Below, one piece after another: positions 13,952 through 29,204 of a stretch of DNA of 64,000 nt. The position numbers and the translations under genes were made by a program. Origin of the DNA: Octopus sinensis (taxonomy: Eukaryota); contig NC_043020.1 of assembly GCF_006345805.1 (NCBI RefSeq), forward strand, positions 12,896,001 to 12,960,000, read 5' to 3'. Under the pieces are notes generated by a model. It saw only the letters and a program-made list of their open reading frames with translations. It did not search any database and had not been told where the DNA came from. Every line of letters starts with the position of its first letter. Position 1 is the stretch's first letter.

Positions 13952-13989
<38 letters not shown>

Positions 13990-14454
13990 CATTAATTTCT
14001 ACAAATAGAAGCTCGATTGTGACTTTCATTGTTTCTGACTTTATATAGTTTTTTTCAGGTTCTCCCATCGATAGTTGGAGTAATGTAAATGAGAATTAGG
14101 TGTAGTGTAAGTAGACAGGTGAAGTACTATACTGTCATATGTATGTAATTGATCACACACACAAATACACCGACAACGTATGTATGTAGGTATGTCTATG
14201 TGAATGTACAGAAGAGAGTGGTTAGAGAGTGTGGCTCATGACCACAAGGCCATGGCTTTAAATTCCTATGCAAAATGGTTTTTGTATTCTTGAGTAAAAC
14301 ACTTTCTTTCATGTTTGTCCCACTCAGCTGAAAACAATATCAACATTAGCTGAGGATTGAAACCTGTGTTGCGTATGTCATATTACTGCTACAAACCTAT
14401 CACATGTTGAAGGCCAAAGAAAAGACATCACATCCACCAATACAAACACACATA

Positions 14455-15010
14455 CATATATGTACACATATATACATATACACATATATACTTATGTATA
14501 TATACATACACAAACGTACACATAGACATATGCCTATATATCTACTATATCTATATCTCTTTCTAAATAGCTTCATTCATACAAATACATATATATCCCT
14601 ACTATCTCGGTGCCTGTCTTTTTACACCATGCCTGCAATGTGAACACATATGTACACATATATACATATACACATATATACTTATGTACATATACATACA
14701 CAAACGCACACATATACATATGCCTATATATCTACTATATCTATATCTCTCTCTAAATAGCTTCATACATACAAATACATATATATCCCTACTATCTCGG
14801 TGCCTGTCTTTTTACACCATGCCTGCAATGTGAACACATATGTACACATATATACTTATGTATATATACATACACAAACGCACACATATACATATGCCTA
14901 TATATCTACTATATCTATATCTCTCTCTAAATAGCTTCATACATACAAATACATATATATCCCTACTATCTCGGTGCCTGTCTTTTTACACCATGCCTGC
15001 AATGTGAACA
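14455..15010. repeat. Three tandem copies of a 175-190 bp unit
   Basis: Each unit ends CACCATGCCTGCAATGTGAACA. Confidence 0.9.
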
Positions 15011-15209
15011 AGTTTCATAAATTTGCTATCATTTCTATTCTTCTCCTTCACTTATGCTTTTACATTTTGCTTTTAATAAAGTGAATTAAATGAATCATTA
15101 GATCTGCTTCTATTTTTTTTATTTTGTATTTATCTTCAATCTGCTCCTGCTTCTGTTGTTAGTGTTTCAATTTTTCAATACTTTTTTCCATATACATATA
15201 TATTATAAT

Positions 15210-15265
<56 letters not shown>

Positions 15266-15294
15266 TATATATATAATATATATATACATACATA

Positions 15295-15862
15295 TAGGGT
15301 GTTCAAAATGTCTCTCTACAGTAGTAGTATTTTTATTGCAAAATAAATATTTCTAAGATGGTATAAGACTACAAAAGAATATACTAAACTTTACAAGACT
15401 TTAAAAAACTTTATAAGAGGTGTTGAAATTTAATTTCTTTTTTACTGCATGTCAGCACTTCCTGGGCCGATTTCTGTTTCCTGTGACAATTTGCTTAAGG
15501 ACTTTGACGGGCTTGCCAACAGTTTGTCAAAAATATTGGGGAATGCTTCTTGCTGCGTCCTCCACTGAGCCTAAGTTTCTAAATTTTCTTATCAAATCCT
15601 GCACAGTGTCACAAAGCGGAACAACAGTACTTGGGAAAGTTTCACTGAACTTCTGTTTTACAGTATCAGTATATTTGTTTCCAGCTTGAAACACCCATTC
15701 AACTAAAAATCTATGTTCTTCAATGGTTAGCATGTAGACATGATGAAGTGGGTACACAATGACTGAGGGACAATGGCTGACACTCGGCCGCTCATGCAGT
15801 GATAGCCAAGCTGCGTATGCACAGGATGAAAAAATTCACTGTGGAGAGACTTTTTGAACACC

Positions 15863-15865
<3 letters not shown>
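15295..15865 (-). mobile_element. Internally deleted Tc1/mariner-superfamily element retaining the transposase N-terminus
   Basis: TIRs TAGGGTGTTCAAAATGTCTCTCTACAGT / ACTGTGGAGAGACTTTTTGAACACCCTG in (TA)n; ORF 15527-15757 has an HTH-like KFxxxFP...P...TV..LIRKFRNLGSVED. Confidence 0.8.
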
Positions 15866-15914
<49 letters not shown>

Positions 15915-15986
15915 ATATATATATATATATATGTGTATGTATATATATATATATATATATACATACATATTATAAATATATATGTA

Positions 15987-16027
<41 letters not shown>

Positions 16028-16118
16028 TGTATGTATGTTATATATTATATATATATATGTGTATGTATATATATATATATATATACATACATATATATAA
16101 ATATATATGTATATAGTG

Positions 16119-16177
<59 letters not shown>

Positions 16178-16608
16178 ATATATATACTCACACGCCACCA
16201 TTATCAACCTTATCAACATCATCAGTGTTTTACATCTGCTTTTCCATGCTGGCATGAATCAGACGTTTTTTCTGAGAAATCTCTTTTAAGCTGGATGATT
16301 TTCCTGAAACCAACGCTTCTTGTTTCCACAATATGTGGGGATGTGGGGGTGCCTCTCTGAAACTAGGATACATATGTTCCCTGTGTATGCATGCATATAT
16401 ACATACACATACTTATATGTAATTATGTCTGTATAAATGCACACACACACACACATATAAAGAAACACACATACATATGCACAACCATACACATAATGAT
16501 ACATATACATAACTATGCACATACAGACACATACATATATGTCATTATGTCGATATAAATACACACATAATTATATATATATACACTTATGTATATATAA
16601 ATATATAC

Positions 16609-16647
<39 letters not shown>

Positions 16648-16684
16648 TATATATAAATTATATATATAAATAGATATATATATA

Positions 16685-16721
<37 letters not shown>

Positions 16722-16766
16722 TATATATATAAAATATTATATATAATATAATATATATATATATGT

Positions 16767-16797
<31 letters not shown>

Positions 16798-16800
16798 AAA

Positions 16801-16848
<48 letters not shown>

Positions 16849-17567
16849 CCACACACACACACATACACATGTACAACTGTACACATAATGATATATATAC
16901 ATAAATATGCATATAAAATTTTCTCTTCACATCTTTTGAACTACTCTGTTTGAACCGACATCATGTAAACCTAAACATTTCACTTGGAATGAATTGCATG
17001 TATGTATATGCACGTATGTATGTAAGTATGTATGTGTATGTATATGTGTGTGTGCATGCATGTATGGGTTTATACAAATACCAGCTGAGGAAAAAAAAAA
17101 AAAAACAGAAGTAAATAGAAATGTTTTCAAGGAATCAAAAGAATTATTAGGTGAAAGATGAGAATTGTTGAAGCTCTAAATAAGTGGTAAGAAAAGGCAG
17201 AATGGTTCAGCAAGATAAGAATGGATTCTAGAACAGTGTCCGTCTGAATACCTTTGGGAGGATGGTGTAAAGATGAATAGGATGGAATTGCGAATGAGAA
17301 AAAGAACTGGTCGATATATCTTTGCCTACCTATCTCAGTTTGAGCGCTATCAGCTCCTATCTCGGCTTCCAACGCCTCTAGTAGCGCTGTTATCATTGAT
17401 TCTATAAAAAGTAGAGGTAGCAGGATGTAAACAGAGCCAACGAAGAAGCATGAGAGATGAATAAAAGAGAAGAAGCCTCTATCACTAAACAAAATAAATA
17501 TATAAAATATATAAATATTACATAGAACAAAAGAAAATATCAAAACACACTATACTGACTTGATGTT

Positions 17568-17616
<49 letters not shown>

Positions 17617-17929
17617 GTATGTATGTGTGTGTGTGCATATGTTTGCATGTATGTATGTTGTATATATATATATATCTTTATACATTTTTATGGACAGATA
17701 TATCTGTATAAATATATATATGCGTATGTCTATGTATATACATATATATATATATATAATATATATATGTATGTATATATACACACATATATATATGTAG
17801 ATTCATAATTATATGTATATATATGTATACACATACATTTACACACATAAATATACATACACATGCACATGTATACATGTATACACACATATATGTATGT
17901 ATATTTATATATATACATACACATGAATA

Positions 17930-17975
<46 letters not shown>

Positions 17976-18263
17976 AACATATTTATACATACATGCAATC
18001 ATACACACACACACACACACTACAAACTTATTTATACAGGCACTCTCACATTCAGGAAACGTTGTTTCTGAATATTTTGCTGTAAAGGCAAAGTCATCAA
18101 TGTGCACCAGATTGTCCAATAATTTTCCAAATTCCAAGGAACTCAAAGAACAAGGAACACATTGGAAAACAGATTGCAGGTTTTGAATTCTGTGTCACAG
18201 CAAGATTTTCACAAATGCAAAGATTCCCTAACAACAAGGATGCTTGTTGATTATACACGTATA

Positions 18264-18321
<58 letters not shown>

Positions 18322-19041
18322 AATGTTTTAAAAGAAATAGCTTTAAGCAATGCAGGTGAGAAGTTAAATAAAATATATGATTGTCAGGTAAGGCCAGAGA
18401 AAAGGAAGGCATAGTTTTCTCTTACATAGGTTGTTTCATGTTTCTATAATATTTTGGGAAAGATCTCTAATCTTGGTTTATCTTGGTAAGAGAAAGCTTC
18501 CCCCGAAAATATTATAGCAATCTATATAAGGTAAAACACTATTTTTTGTTGATTTTTCTTTATTGCATTGCTGTACATATTTTGTCTAACTCCACATCTA
18601 AGTTGCTTAAAGGATTTCTAAAACATTTACACATTGTATTGCTTCAAATAAAGTACAATATTCTTTTATACATATACACATTCATACACACACACACCCA
18701 ACAGCACAAACACACACACACATATATATATGCATATGCAGATAAATATACATAGATGCTATATATATACACATACAAATACATACATATATGTGTATGC
18801 ATGTGTATATATATATATTATATATATATATAATAGATATATATATATATAGTATATATATATATGTATGTATGTTGTGTGTGTGCATATATATATATTT
18901 CTATATTTACACACACACACATATACACATATATACTTGCATGCATATGTACACATTGATATATGTAATTACATTTATACACACAAACATCAATCTATAC
19001 ATATGTATGTGTATGTGTGTATATATATATACATATATACT

Positions 19042-19083
<42 letters not shown>

Positions 19084-19998
19084 CATATATACACACACAT
19101 ATATACATATGTACATTTTATCATTTTTGCATATAGATGTTTGTGTATGAGTATATATGAAATATACATCAAAATCAGTGTATATAAATGTACATATACT
19201 TCCTTGTATACATGTATATTCCTTCTTTTTCTCTTTATATATGCATGTGCAAATAATACATATGTATATGCATGTGTCTACATATATGCCCATACATACA
19301 CACCCATATACATATATGTACATACACAAACATATACGTATATGTACATACATACACACTTTTAAGTACATTGATATGTATATTTTTGCATGTGGATACA
19401 CCCACACAATCTACATCATGTGTGTGTGTGTGTGTGTGTGTATGTGTACATTTGTGTGTATGTATGTCTGTGTGTGCATATGTGTGTATATCTGTGTATA
19501 TGCGTATAATTGTGTGTATGTGTGTATGTATATATATATACATGCATATATATACATACATATACACATGCACATACACACACATGCACACAGACACACA
19601 CACACACAAAATTTTAGCTGAATGTCCCCCTACAAAAATATCTTATTATTATCATTATTATTTAAATATTTTTATGATTATGCTGAAATGAAAATGGAAG
19701 AATAAATATAATTAGAGAGAGAAATATGTAGGGACTTTAAGTTATTTTAATTCGTTAATTAAAATTTGATCAATTAGTCACTCTAAGTGCTGAAAATATA
19801 AAACTCTGATTCTTAAAATTTTTTCTCTCAATGTAACTGCAACAATATGCGAATACTCTTTAGTCTAGATATTAATGGAATCCTTTGACCGTTTGTTTGT
19901 AGCAGAAACTAAAATTACTAACAGGGATGTTTAAAAATGTTCCCTTATAATCTCTAACAATTCTTTTATGCTCTAATCATGAACATCCCATGTCCAAT

Positions 19999-20387
19999 GG
20001 AATGGAAGCACTCCGTCGGTTATGACGACGAGGGTTCCTGTTGATCCGAATCAACGGAACAGCCTGCTCGTGAAATTAACGTGTAAGTGGCTGAGCACTC
20101 CACAGACACGTGTACCCTTAACATAGTTCTCGGGGATATTCAGCGTGACACAGAGAGTGACAAGGCTGGCCCTTTGAAATACAGGTACAACAGAAAGAGG
20201 AAGTAAGAGTGAGAGAAAGTTGTGGTGAAAGAGTACAGCAGGGATCACCACCATCCCCTGCCGGAGCCTCGTGGAGCTTTTAGGTGTTTTCGCTCAATAA
20301 ACACTCACAACGCCCGGTCTGGGAATCGAAACCGCGATCCTCCGACCGCGAGTCTGCTGCCCTAACCACTGGGCCATTGTGCCTCCA
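19999..20387 (-). mobile_element. Full-length SINE, same family
   Basis: TSD CCCATGTCCAAT. Confidence 0.9.
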
Positions 20388-20524
20388 CCCATGTCCAATA
20401 GTTCTGTATTGACATAATCAACAAGAACTCAGTAGTTTAGGATAGTCCCCGTCTGACCCCTAAGATTCTTGTTTACACTTTGAGCAATTATTAAACGTAT
20501 TTACTTTTGCTGCTATGTTTAGCA

Positions 20525-21625
20525 GGCGCTACTAATCTGGACTGTCTGAGGAATATGCCACTATCTGGAGTATTTGAAGGGTATGCCACTAAACTGGACT
20601 GTCTGAGGGCATGGTCCAAATTTTTGTCTGATTTCACTGGCCGATGTCACTTCATCCATGTCTTTTGGTCCGATGTCTTTTTGTCCGATGATTTAGTTTG
20701 TCCAATGACTTTTAGGCTAATTTTAGATAAACTCTTTAGAAAACAAGGTAAATATCAAAATCAAATAATCAGTGAGAATTTTTTTTAAAAGGATTTGTCG
20801 CTGGCCCCAAAAAAAATCATCGGACAAAAAGATATCAGACAAAAAGACATGGATGAAAAGATGTTTGATGTAGAGACATCGGGCGAAAAGACATAGCATG
20901 GCTGAGGGATACACCATTATCTGGAATATTTGAAGCATGTGCCACTAATCTGGACTGTCTAACGAATATGCTACTACCTGGAGTGTCAGAAGGGTATGCT
21001 ACTAACTGGGGTATCTAAGGGATATGCAACTTGTTGGGGTATTTTTTAAGGGTATGCCACTAATATGGAGTGCCTTGGGAATGTGCCACTATCTGGAGTT
21101 TATGTGGAGATACCACTGCTTGGAGTGTTTGGGGGTATCTAAGGGATATGCAACTACCTGGAGTATTTGAAGGGTATGCCACTAATATGGAGTACCTGGG
21201 TGGTGTACCACTATCTGGAGTTTATGTGGAGATACCACACTGCTTGGAGAGTTTGAGGGACTTTTTGAGGGTATCTAAAGGATATGCAACTACCTGGAGT
21301 ATTTGAAGGGTATGCCACTAATATGGAGTGCCTGGGTGGTGTTTATGTGGAGATACCACTGCTTGGAATGCTTGAGGAAGTGTTTGAGGGTATATAAGGG
21401 ATATGCAACTCTCTGGAGTATTTTAAGGGTATACCACTAATATGGAGTACCAGGGTGGTGTGCTACTATCTGGAGTTTATGTGGAGATACCACTGCTTGG
21501 AGTGTTTGAGGGTATGTAAGGGATATGCAACTACCTGGAGTATTTGAAGGGTATTCCACTAATATGGAGTACCTGGGTGGTGTGCCACTATCTGGAGTGT
21601 AAGAAGAGTATGTGACTATCTGGAG
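20525..21625. repeat. Diverged minisatellite of about 24-bp subunits (GGGTATGCCACTA..TGGAGT) with higher-order structure
   Basis: Direct reading. Confidence 0.85.
20610..20901. mobile_element. MITE with internally repetitive subterminal inverted repeats, inserted in a minisatellite
   Basis: 20651-20694 is the inverted complement of 20814-20857; CTGAGGG duplicated on both sides. Confidence 0.6.
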
Positions 21626-21870
21626 TAACCAGTTGATGTAATACTTTTTTCACAGAAGCTTTCATCTGGTGTCAAAATCTTGTGCATTTTTATATCTTTA
21701 GAATAAACATTCCCAACAACCAGTCAAGTATCTTAATTGTCGTTTCCATTACTGGTGCTAGCAATACATTGTGGGATATTGTCTTGCTGTAAGACTAAAG
21801 CTACAACTGCTAATTTATGTATTTTAAAGTCTGGTTTAGTATTCTATGCTCAGGGAACTTTTTGTATGTA

Positions 21871-22091
21871 CAGTCATAGCCGAAAATTTGGAACATCGGT
21901 TTGAAAATTAGAATTTTTACATTTAATTTGCAATATATCATTACTTGGACAAAAGATTGGAACATAGGTTCGAAAATTAAAATCTTTACATTGAATGCCC
22001 AAATATATATATTGTATATTTTGAATTGAATTCTATTTGGACGTAACAATTAAAATTTTTTTTAAATGCTCCAAACCTTTGGCCACGACTG
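21871..22091. mobile_element. Tc1-like MITE
   Basis: TA flanks; TIRs CAGTCATAGCCGAAAATTTGGAACAT / ATGCTCCAAACCTTTGGCCACGACTG. Confidence 0.75.
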
Positions 22092-22199
22092 TATCATTCT
22101 CAACTATACCTTGGTATTTGTACAACTTTCATATCAAATAGGAGAGATGCAAATGTCATTTATGTAAAGGTCTTTGGCTTGTGAAGCAGTTTTTACCTG

Positions 22200-22850
22200 T
22201 CAAATATGAACATTATTTAAACCCAAATTCCATATATCTATCAGCTGATGTTGTTATTAACTTTATCTGTTTCTCAAGAATTTCAAAAGTGGATATCCAG
22301 GATCATCCACAGAGAAATTACACATTCACTAGCGTCTTGTGATCTTCAAGACAATAGAACATAACTACCAGATTAACAAGAAATAGTAATGGTTTTAGTG
22401 TCCATAATAAACAGAAGCATTGACAACAACAGATCCTTGTGTTGCTCTCAATTAAGATTATTAACCAGGCCATTGTAAGCCTTTCATTAGAGTCGTCTGT
22501 TTATTTTCCAAAGTCAATGAATCTAGGAACCCCCAGAAGAGGATCTATATAAACATTCTTTTGTATTCAAGACATAACAGAAGGGATTCTGTCCTGGTTT
22601 TCTGATTGAAATTTTGATTTTCATTCCCCAAATTTTAGACTAAGATGATCTAATATCTATCCAAGTAGAAGGGATTCCTTTTAGAGAAGTATTGTTATTC
22701 ATCTTCCCTGCAGTAAAAAAGTTTGTGGATTAGAAGCAAACTTGGTATTAATATTGGTTCGTTAGAGTTTAATCTCATAGAATAACAAACTTTTTCACTC
22801 AGCAACTCCGGTTCATACTTCAAAAATATTTAATTCTCCTCAAGACTGTA
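22200..22850 (-). mobile_element. Highly decayed non-LTR reverse transcriptase remnant
   Basis: Frameshifted motifs in the expected order: LEYKRMF, LGVP, TQGSV/LSMLLFIMD, SVDD, EFGFK. Confidence 0.4.
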
Positions 22851-23620
22851 AAATTCCCCGCAATTTTTGTTCATTTTTGTTTCTTCTTTCATAAATTGGT
22901 GAGCTGTAAACTTATGTATATATTTATTATATTTATGTGCATATGTGTATGGATGTATGCATGTATCTATATGCACATATGTATTCATACATGTTGGCTC
23001 TTGTGTATATTTATGTAGGCATGTGCCTGTATATATATGTGTGTATGCATATATGTATATATATGTATGCGTAAAAATGCAGGAGTGCATAAATGTATGT
23101 ATATATATGTAAATGTATGAGTGTATATATAAAATACTTTGATACTCCTTAAATATCATGTCCTTCAAAACTATATTTGTTTTAATACAATTTACCAAAA
23201 ACATTTTCATTATCTACCAATTTAACAATAGTTGACCATATTACATTAAAAATAATTATTTTTTAACATCGTTAACATTTATCTAATATTGTAGTTAATT
23301 AATGACAACACTACATAATATTATAATCAACTAATTAGTTAATTGTGGTTAATTCAGTTTGATTTTTAGTAAACTACAAAATAAAAACTGTCATCAAGTC
23401 ATAATGAGTTAGAGAAAACAGAATAGGTTGAAATAAATTGTGACATTTCAATTAGTAACATTAGGTATATTAAATTCCTACTGACTATGCATACATACAC
23501 ATACATGCGTATATATATGTGTGTGTCTAAAACCATTCCATTTAATCTTTTGAATCCTAAGAATTCAAAAGAATCAGTTAAGAATAATGAAATTTAATTT
23601 ATAACAATATTTCTTGCTAT

Positions 23621-23659
<39 letters not shown>

Positions 23660-23708
23660 CATACATACATACATACACATATATGTATACAGACACATAT
23701 ATATATAC

Positions 23709-23771
<63 letters not shown>

Positions 23772-23787
23772 TATATATATGTATATA

Positions 23788-23829
<42 letters not shown>

Positions 23830-23909
23830 ATGAAAATCTGTATCCACGAATGTCGTGATGAACACTCATTCTAATGGTTTGACATTTACATATATATATA
23901 TATATATAC

Positions 23910-23945
<36 letters not shown>

Positions 23946-24564
23946 ATATACATACATATATATGTATATATATATATATGTATATATATATGTATATATA
24001 TATATATATGAACGTACAAAAAACATAGTTTGCCCCATGGAGGGAAATATGTCCTCAAAGAGGAGAAAATTTCTTCTCAGACAAATTCAAAGATTCTGAA
24101 TACTTAATTCTTGACTTAAACATAAAAAGGGGAGAGAATTTATATATATATATATATATATATATACATACATTTCAAAAATTTTGTCTAGTTTTGCAAA
24201 TCTGATCTCCAAATTCTATAATTCACCTCCCAATAACCGCACCATTTTTAGCAAACCAAATTGGGCAAAAATTGGATGATGAAAAAAAAAAATTTAAAAA
24301 TTAGAAAATAAAGAAATCAAACGAAATTTTATCTTTATCTAAGAAAGAAACCAATATAAATTTTTAATTTTAACGATGAAGTTCTTAATTATAAAAACTA
24401 TTGCTAAACGGGGAATAATATTTTTTGAACTGCATTCCTTCACCAGAGAAATTGTTTTTCTTGTAAACATTGTCCCTAAATCTTATATTATGTAGTTACA
24501 AAGATGCCGTTTTTGTTGTATTTTGGGAGTAGGGATGATGTGTTTTAATAGAAATGGTAAAAAA

Positions 24565-24720
24565 TTTGGGCACCCCCCTATAGAGGGGAGAGAAATAGTA
24601 AGTTCTTATTACTATCTATGATATTAATTCCAAAATATTTCATCATTTGGGCACCCCCTATAGAGGGGAGAGAAATAGTAAGTTCTTATCTATGAAATTA
24701 ATTCAAAAATATTTCATCAT
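24565..24720. repeat. Tandem duplication of about 80 bp
   Basis: TTTGGGCACCCCCTATAGAGGGGAGAG... occurs twice. Confidence 0.85.
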
Positions 24721-25289
24721 AGCATTAATCCCTGTTAATTCTAGTTTTAAAGATAGAATACAATGTGTATTTAATGTTATGTATTAATGTTGCTTTCCTT
24801 GAGGTAAATACAGAAAAAAATTATTCTGTTTTAGGCAGTGGAAAACTATGCTAATAAACTCATACAGGTGTCATAATGAGCTTTTGTTGTTTTTCAAAGT
24901 GTTTTCTTCTTTAACTATTTTTTGGCACCAGTGTTGGTGGCAGCACTTGGCTTATGTGGTTCTAGCTATAATAATACCAAACCTATAAGACTTAATCAAA
25001 ATGATGGTGGTGATGATGACGATGATGACGATGATGATGATGAAAATGATAGTGATGATAATGGTGGTGGTGGTGGTGGTGATGGTGGTGGTAGTAGTAG
25101 TAGTGGCTGTGGCATCGACAATGGTGATATAAATAACGCTTCTTTTGAAAAAAAAAACCCTCAAAAAAACCCAATATTTATTGAGCAGACAATATCGGTG
25201 AGGGGGGGGTACTCTGACTTCCACTTATAAACAACACAAAATCAACACCAACACAAAACACATGCAGTTATAATGAATAGGATTAATAA

Positions 25290-25290
25290 T

Positions 25291-25372
<82 letters not shown>

Positions 25373-25414
25373 GTAATAATAATAATAATAATGATGATGA
25401 TGATGATGATGATG

Positions 25415-25447
<33 letters not shown>

Positions 25448-25482
25448 TAATAATACTAATACTAATAATAATAATAATAATA

Positions 25483-25524
<42 letters not shown>

Positions 25525-25983
25525 ATAATAATAAAAATAATGATGATGATGATGATAATGATGATGATGATGATAATGATGCTGATAATGATGATGATGA
25601 TGATGATGATGATGATAATAATAATAATAATAATAATAATAATGGTGAGGATGGTGATAGAGCGGGACATAGTTGCAAGTAAAACAAATCTAAGGAGGAC
25701 ATGCATACATACCGGTAATATATGAGGACAGACACTAAAATAGCTTAAAAGGTGTAGTACATGGGGGTACAGCTTATGTTTCTAGCAATGTATAAAGACC
25801 AAGTTACAGAAATATAACATGGAAAATGGCAGTGCTGGGCTACAACAGGACACAACATGTGTTATGCTTCATGTTAACTAAAGTGCCTAGAAAAACATAC
25901 ATACACAAACATATGATGATGGTGATAATGATGATGATGATGATGCTGATGATGATAATAATGATAATGATAATAATAATAAC

Positions 25984-26016
<33 letters not shown>

Positions 26017-26034
26017 GATAATAATAATAATAAC

Positions 26035-26075
<41 letters not shown>

Positions 26076-26110
26076 TAATAATAATAATAATAATACTAAT
26101 ACTAATATTA
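25290..26110. repeat. Two compound (AAT)n/(GAT)n microsatellites
   Basis: Direct reading. Confidence 0.9.
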
Positions 26111-26764
26111 ATATGGCCCCCGTGGCCGGTGGCACGTAAAAAGCACCATCCAATCGTTGGCCGTTTGCAAGCCTTGTCTGGCACCTGTGCCAGTGGCACG
26201 TAAAAAGCACCCACTACACTCACGGAGTGGTTGGCGTTAGGAAGTGCATCCAGCCGTAGAAACGTTGCCAGATCAGACTCGGCCTGGTGCAGCCTTCTGG
26301 CTTCCTAGACCCCAGTTGAACCGTCCAACCCATGCTAGCATAGAAAGCGGACGCTAAACGATGATGATGATGATGATGATGATGAATAATGATGATGATG
26401 ATGATAATGTTGATGATGACGACGTGATTTCAAATTTTGACACAAGGCCTGAAATATTGGAGGAGGGGGTAAGTCCTCGCAACTGCCAGCCTTGACAGAA
26501 TTTGGACAGAATGCACTAAGCATTTTTTGGTACAGTTTGCTAACAGTTCTGCCAGCTTGCCCCCTTAAAAATAATAAGGATTTCAAATTTTGACACAAGG
26601 CCAGAGGGCGGAGGGGATAAGTTGATTACATTGATCTCAGTACGCAACTGGTGCTTATTTTTATCCCTCCCTAAAGGATGAAAGGCAAAGTCGACCTCAG
26701 TGGAATTTGAACTCAGAATGTGAAGATGGATGAAATACCACTAAGTATTTTGCTCGGCCAGCTC

Positions 26765-26810
<46 letters not shown>

Positions 26811-27403
26811 TAATAATAATAATGATAATAACTGCCTTAATGCAGTACCAGGCACTGACTCTCATGGCTTCTGATCTTAACTGATTGGAACTGTTATCAT
26901 GTACATTGTTTTGTCTTGGTATAAAAGATGGGCTACAGCAAATATTCGGCTCAATACCACAGATTTGCTTGTCAGTTGTTTAACCTTAACCAGTTGAGCA
27001 TGTCCCTTAGTGGCTGACGATATGTGCATCTCTGATCACGAGCAGAAGTAGTGGGAGAGCATCATAGCCATGTGTTGAAAGGAATTCTTAGAGGTTTGGA
27101 TAATTCACCTTTGGAAACATGGGTGGTTCATTCAACATCCTTAAACAATCCTTATTCAAGGATCATTTGAGTAGGATGGGCTACTAGACCAGAAGAAAAT
27201 TCTAACTGGGCCCCGCCTGCAAGGTCATGCCCTGTTTATCTTGATGAGATCACCATGTCATGCACATATGGTTGTGGTGCATGTGCCTAGTGTACCCTTA
27301 TCAGATGGGTAGTGATGATGGTTATACTGGCTTTGTATATTTTACCCCAGTGTCACTTTGATAGCATGCACTGCTCTCTCAATCAATAATAATAATGATG
27401 ATG

Positions 27404-27441
<38 letters not shown>

Positions 27442-27625
27442 AAGAGCATTGTCGATGTGAGAACTGTTGCTGCTCATGTATTTTAATATAACGTAAAAAA
27501 AAAAAAATGAACGAACTATTGAGTTTGGTTTAATGGCCTACCAATGTATACTATGAGTTTCTTTGCCCTAGGAGTCGGGAAGACACTCGGCAAGAAATTG
27601 AAGCAAATTTGAAAGAAGAAGAAAA

Positions 27626-27671
<46 letters not shown>

Positions 27672-28457
27672 TGTATGCATGGATAGATAGATATGTATGT
27701 GTCTTTAACAAGGCATATGCCTAAGTGGTTAAGGTATTTTTTTACTTGTTTCAGCCATTTGACAGTGACCATGCTGGAGCACTGCCTCAAGGTATTAAAC
27801 TTACAAGCATAACTTAATTTTATGCTTTTAACAAAACACTTAATTTTATGTTGCTCCAATTCACTTAGCTGAAAATGAGTACCAGTAATGACTTAAGGGT
27901 TTATTTTGTGATGGACTGATGTCCCAGTTGACAGGAAATATTGTACTCTCAGTAATTATATATATTTCTTTACTACCCATAAGGGGCTAAACATAGAGGG
28001 GACAAACAAGGACAGACAAAGGGATTAAGTCGATTACATCGACCCCAGAACGTAACTGGTACTTATTTTATCGACTCCGAAAAGATGAAAGGCAAAGTCG
28101 ACCTCGGCGGAATTTGAACCCAGAACATGTAATGGCAGACGAAATACGGCTATGCATTTCGCCTGGCGTGCTAACGATTCTGCCAGCTCTCAGTAATTAT
28201 ATATAGGAGGATTGCGGTTTCGATTCCCAGACCAGGCGTTGAGTGTGTTTACTGAGCAAAAAGCTCCACAAAGCTCCTGCAGGGGGTGGTGGCGACCCCT
28301 GTTGTACTCTTTTGTCCCAACTTTCTCTCACTCTTTCTTCCTGTTTCTTGAGTAACGCTGCAATGGATTGGCATCCTGTCCAGCTGGGGGGAACACATAC
28401 CCCACAGAAACCGGGAAACCAGGCCCATGATCCTGGCTAGGCTTTAAAAGGGTATCT

Positions 28458-28855
28458 TCTTTATATATAAAAGTGAAGTTGTGTGTCTGTCTCCTACGAT
28501 TTAGATTCCTAACTACTCCCACATTTTGCGGTGCAGTTTAACCAAAACCGGGTATCTTATAGTCGTGATTCATATCGAGCCCTTCTGGGTATTAGCGTGC
28601 GTCTACGATGAGTCTACAATTTAAAAAAAAATTTACCATCATTTTTTCCATTTTAATGTATTTTTTCGCTATTATATAAGGGAAGTAACTCTCTAAAAAT
28701 GTCTACGATGAGTCAACGATTTAAAAAAAAATTTACCATCATTTTTTTTTTCCATTTTTAATGCATTTTTTGCTATTTTTTGGCTATAACTCTCTAAAAA
28801 TGCTTATATAGTTATTTCCCTTACAAACCTGAGCAACGCCGGGCGATACTGCTAG
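28458..28855 (+). mobile_element. Non-autonomous Helitron
   Basis: 5' TCTTTATATATAAA, 3' hairpin CCTGAGCAACGCCGGG then CTAG followed by T; no TSD. Confidence 0.75.
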
Positions 28856-29128
28856 TATAAATATAAAATACCAGGGAAAACTGCTGCAGCAGAGCTAAGA
28901 TGTGCATGTGTGTGTGTGTGTATATGTATGTATATACATAAACACACACCAAAGGATGTATGTAAGTATGTATAATCTTAAAACAAGTAAGTGTGAGACT
29001 AAGTTTAACCAAGGCAAATGATTCAATGTCTTGATGGACATTTTTCAATAATATGGTTTTTGATGCTTGAAAGCCATTGAAATAATGTTATTTTGATATT
29101 GTGTGTAACCAACCATCAGAAACAATTA

Positions 29129-29203
<75 letters not shown>

Positions 29204-29204
29204 A

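Larger units (their letters stand above)
10223..13985. repeat. Tandem duplication of about 1.9 kb (from 10223 and from 12122)
   Basis: Near-identical; second copy has many 1-nt deletions. Confidence 0.95.

Noticed and set aside
18040-18255. Possible exon or Tc1-type transposase C-terminal remnant
   Set aside because: Resemblance too weak, frameshifted, no TIR found
22830-22903. Possible phase-1 terminal exon of ROS1
   Set aside because: 17 kb from the last exon, weak context, and adjoins a decayed RT remnant
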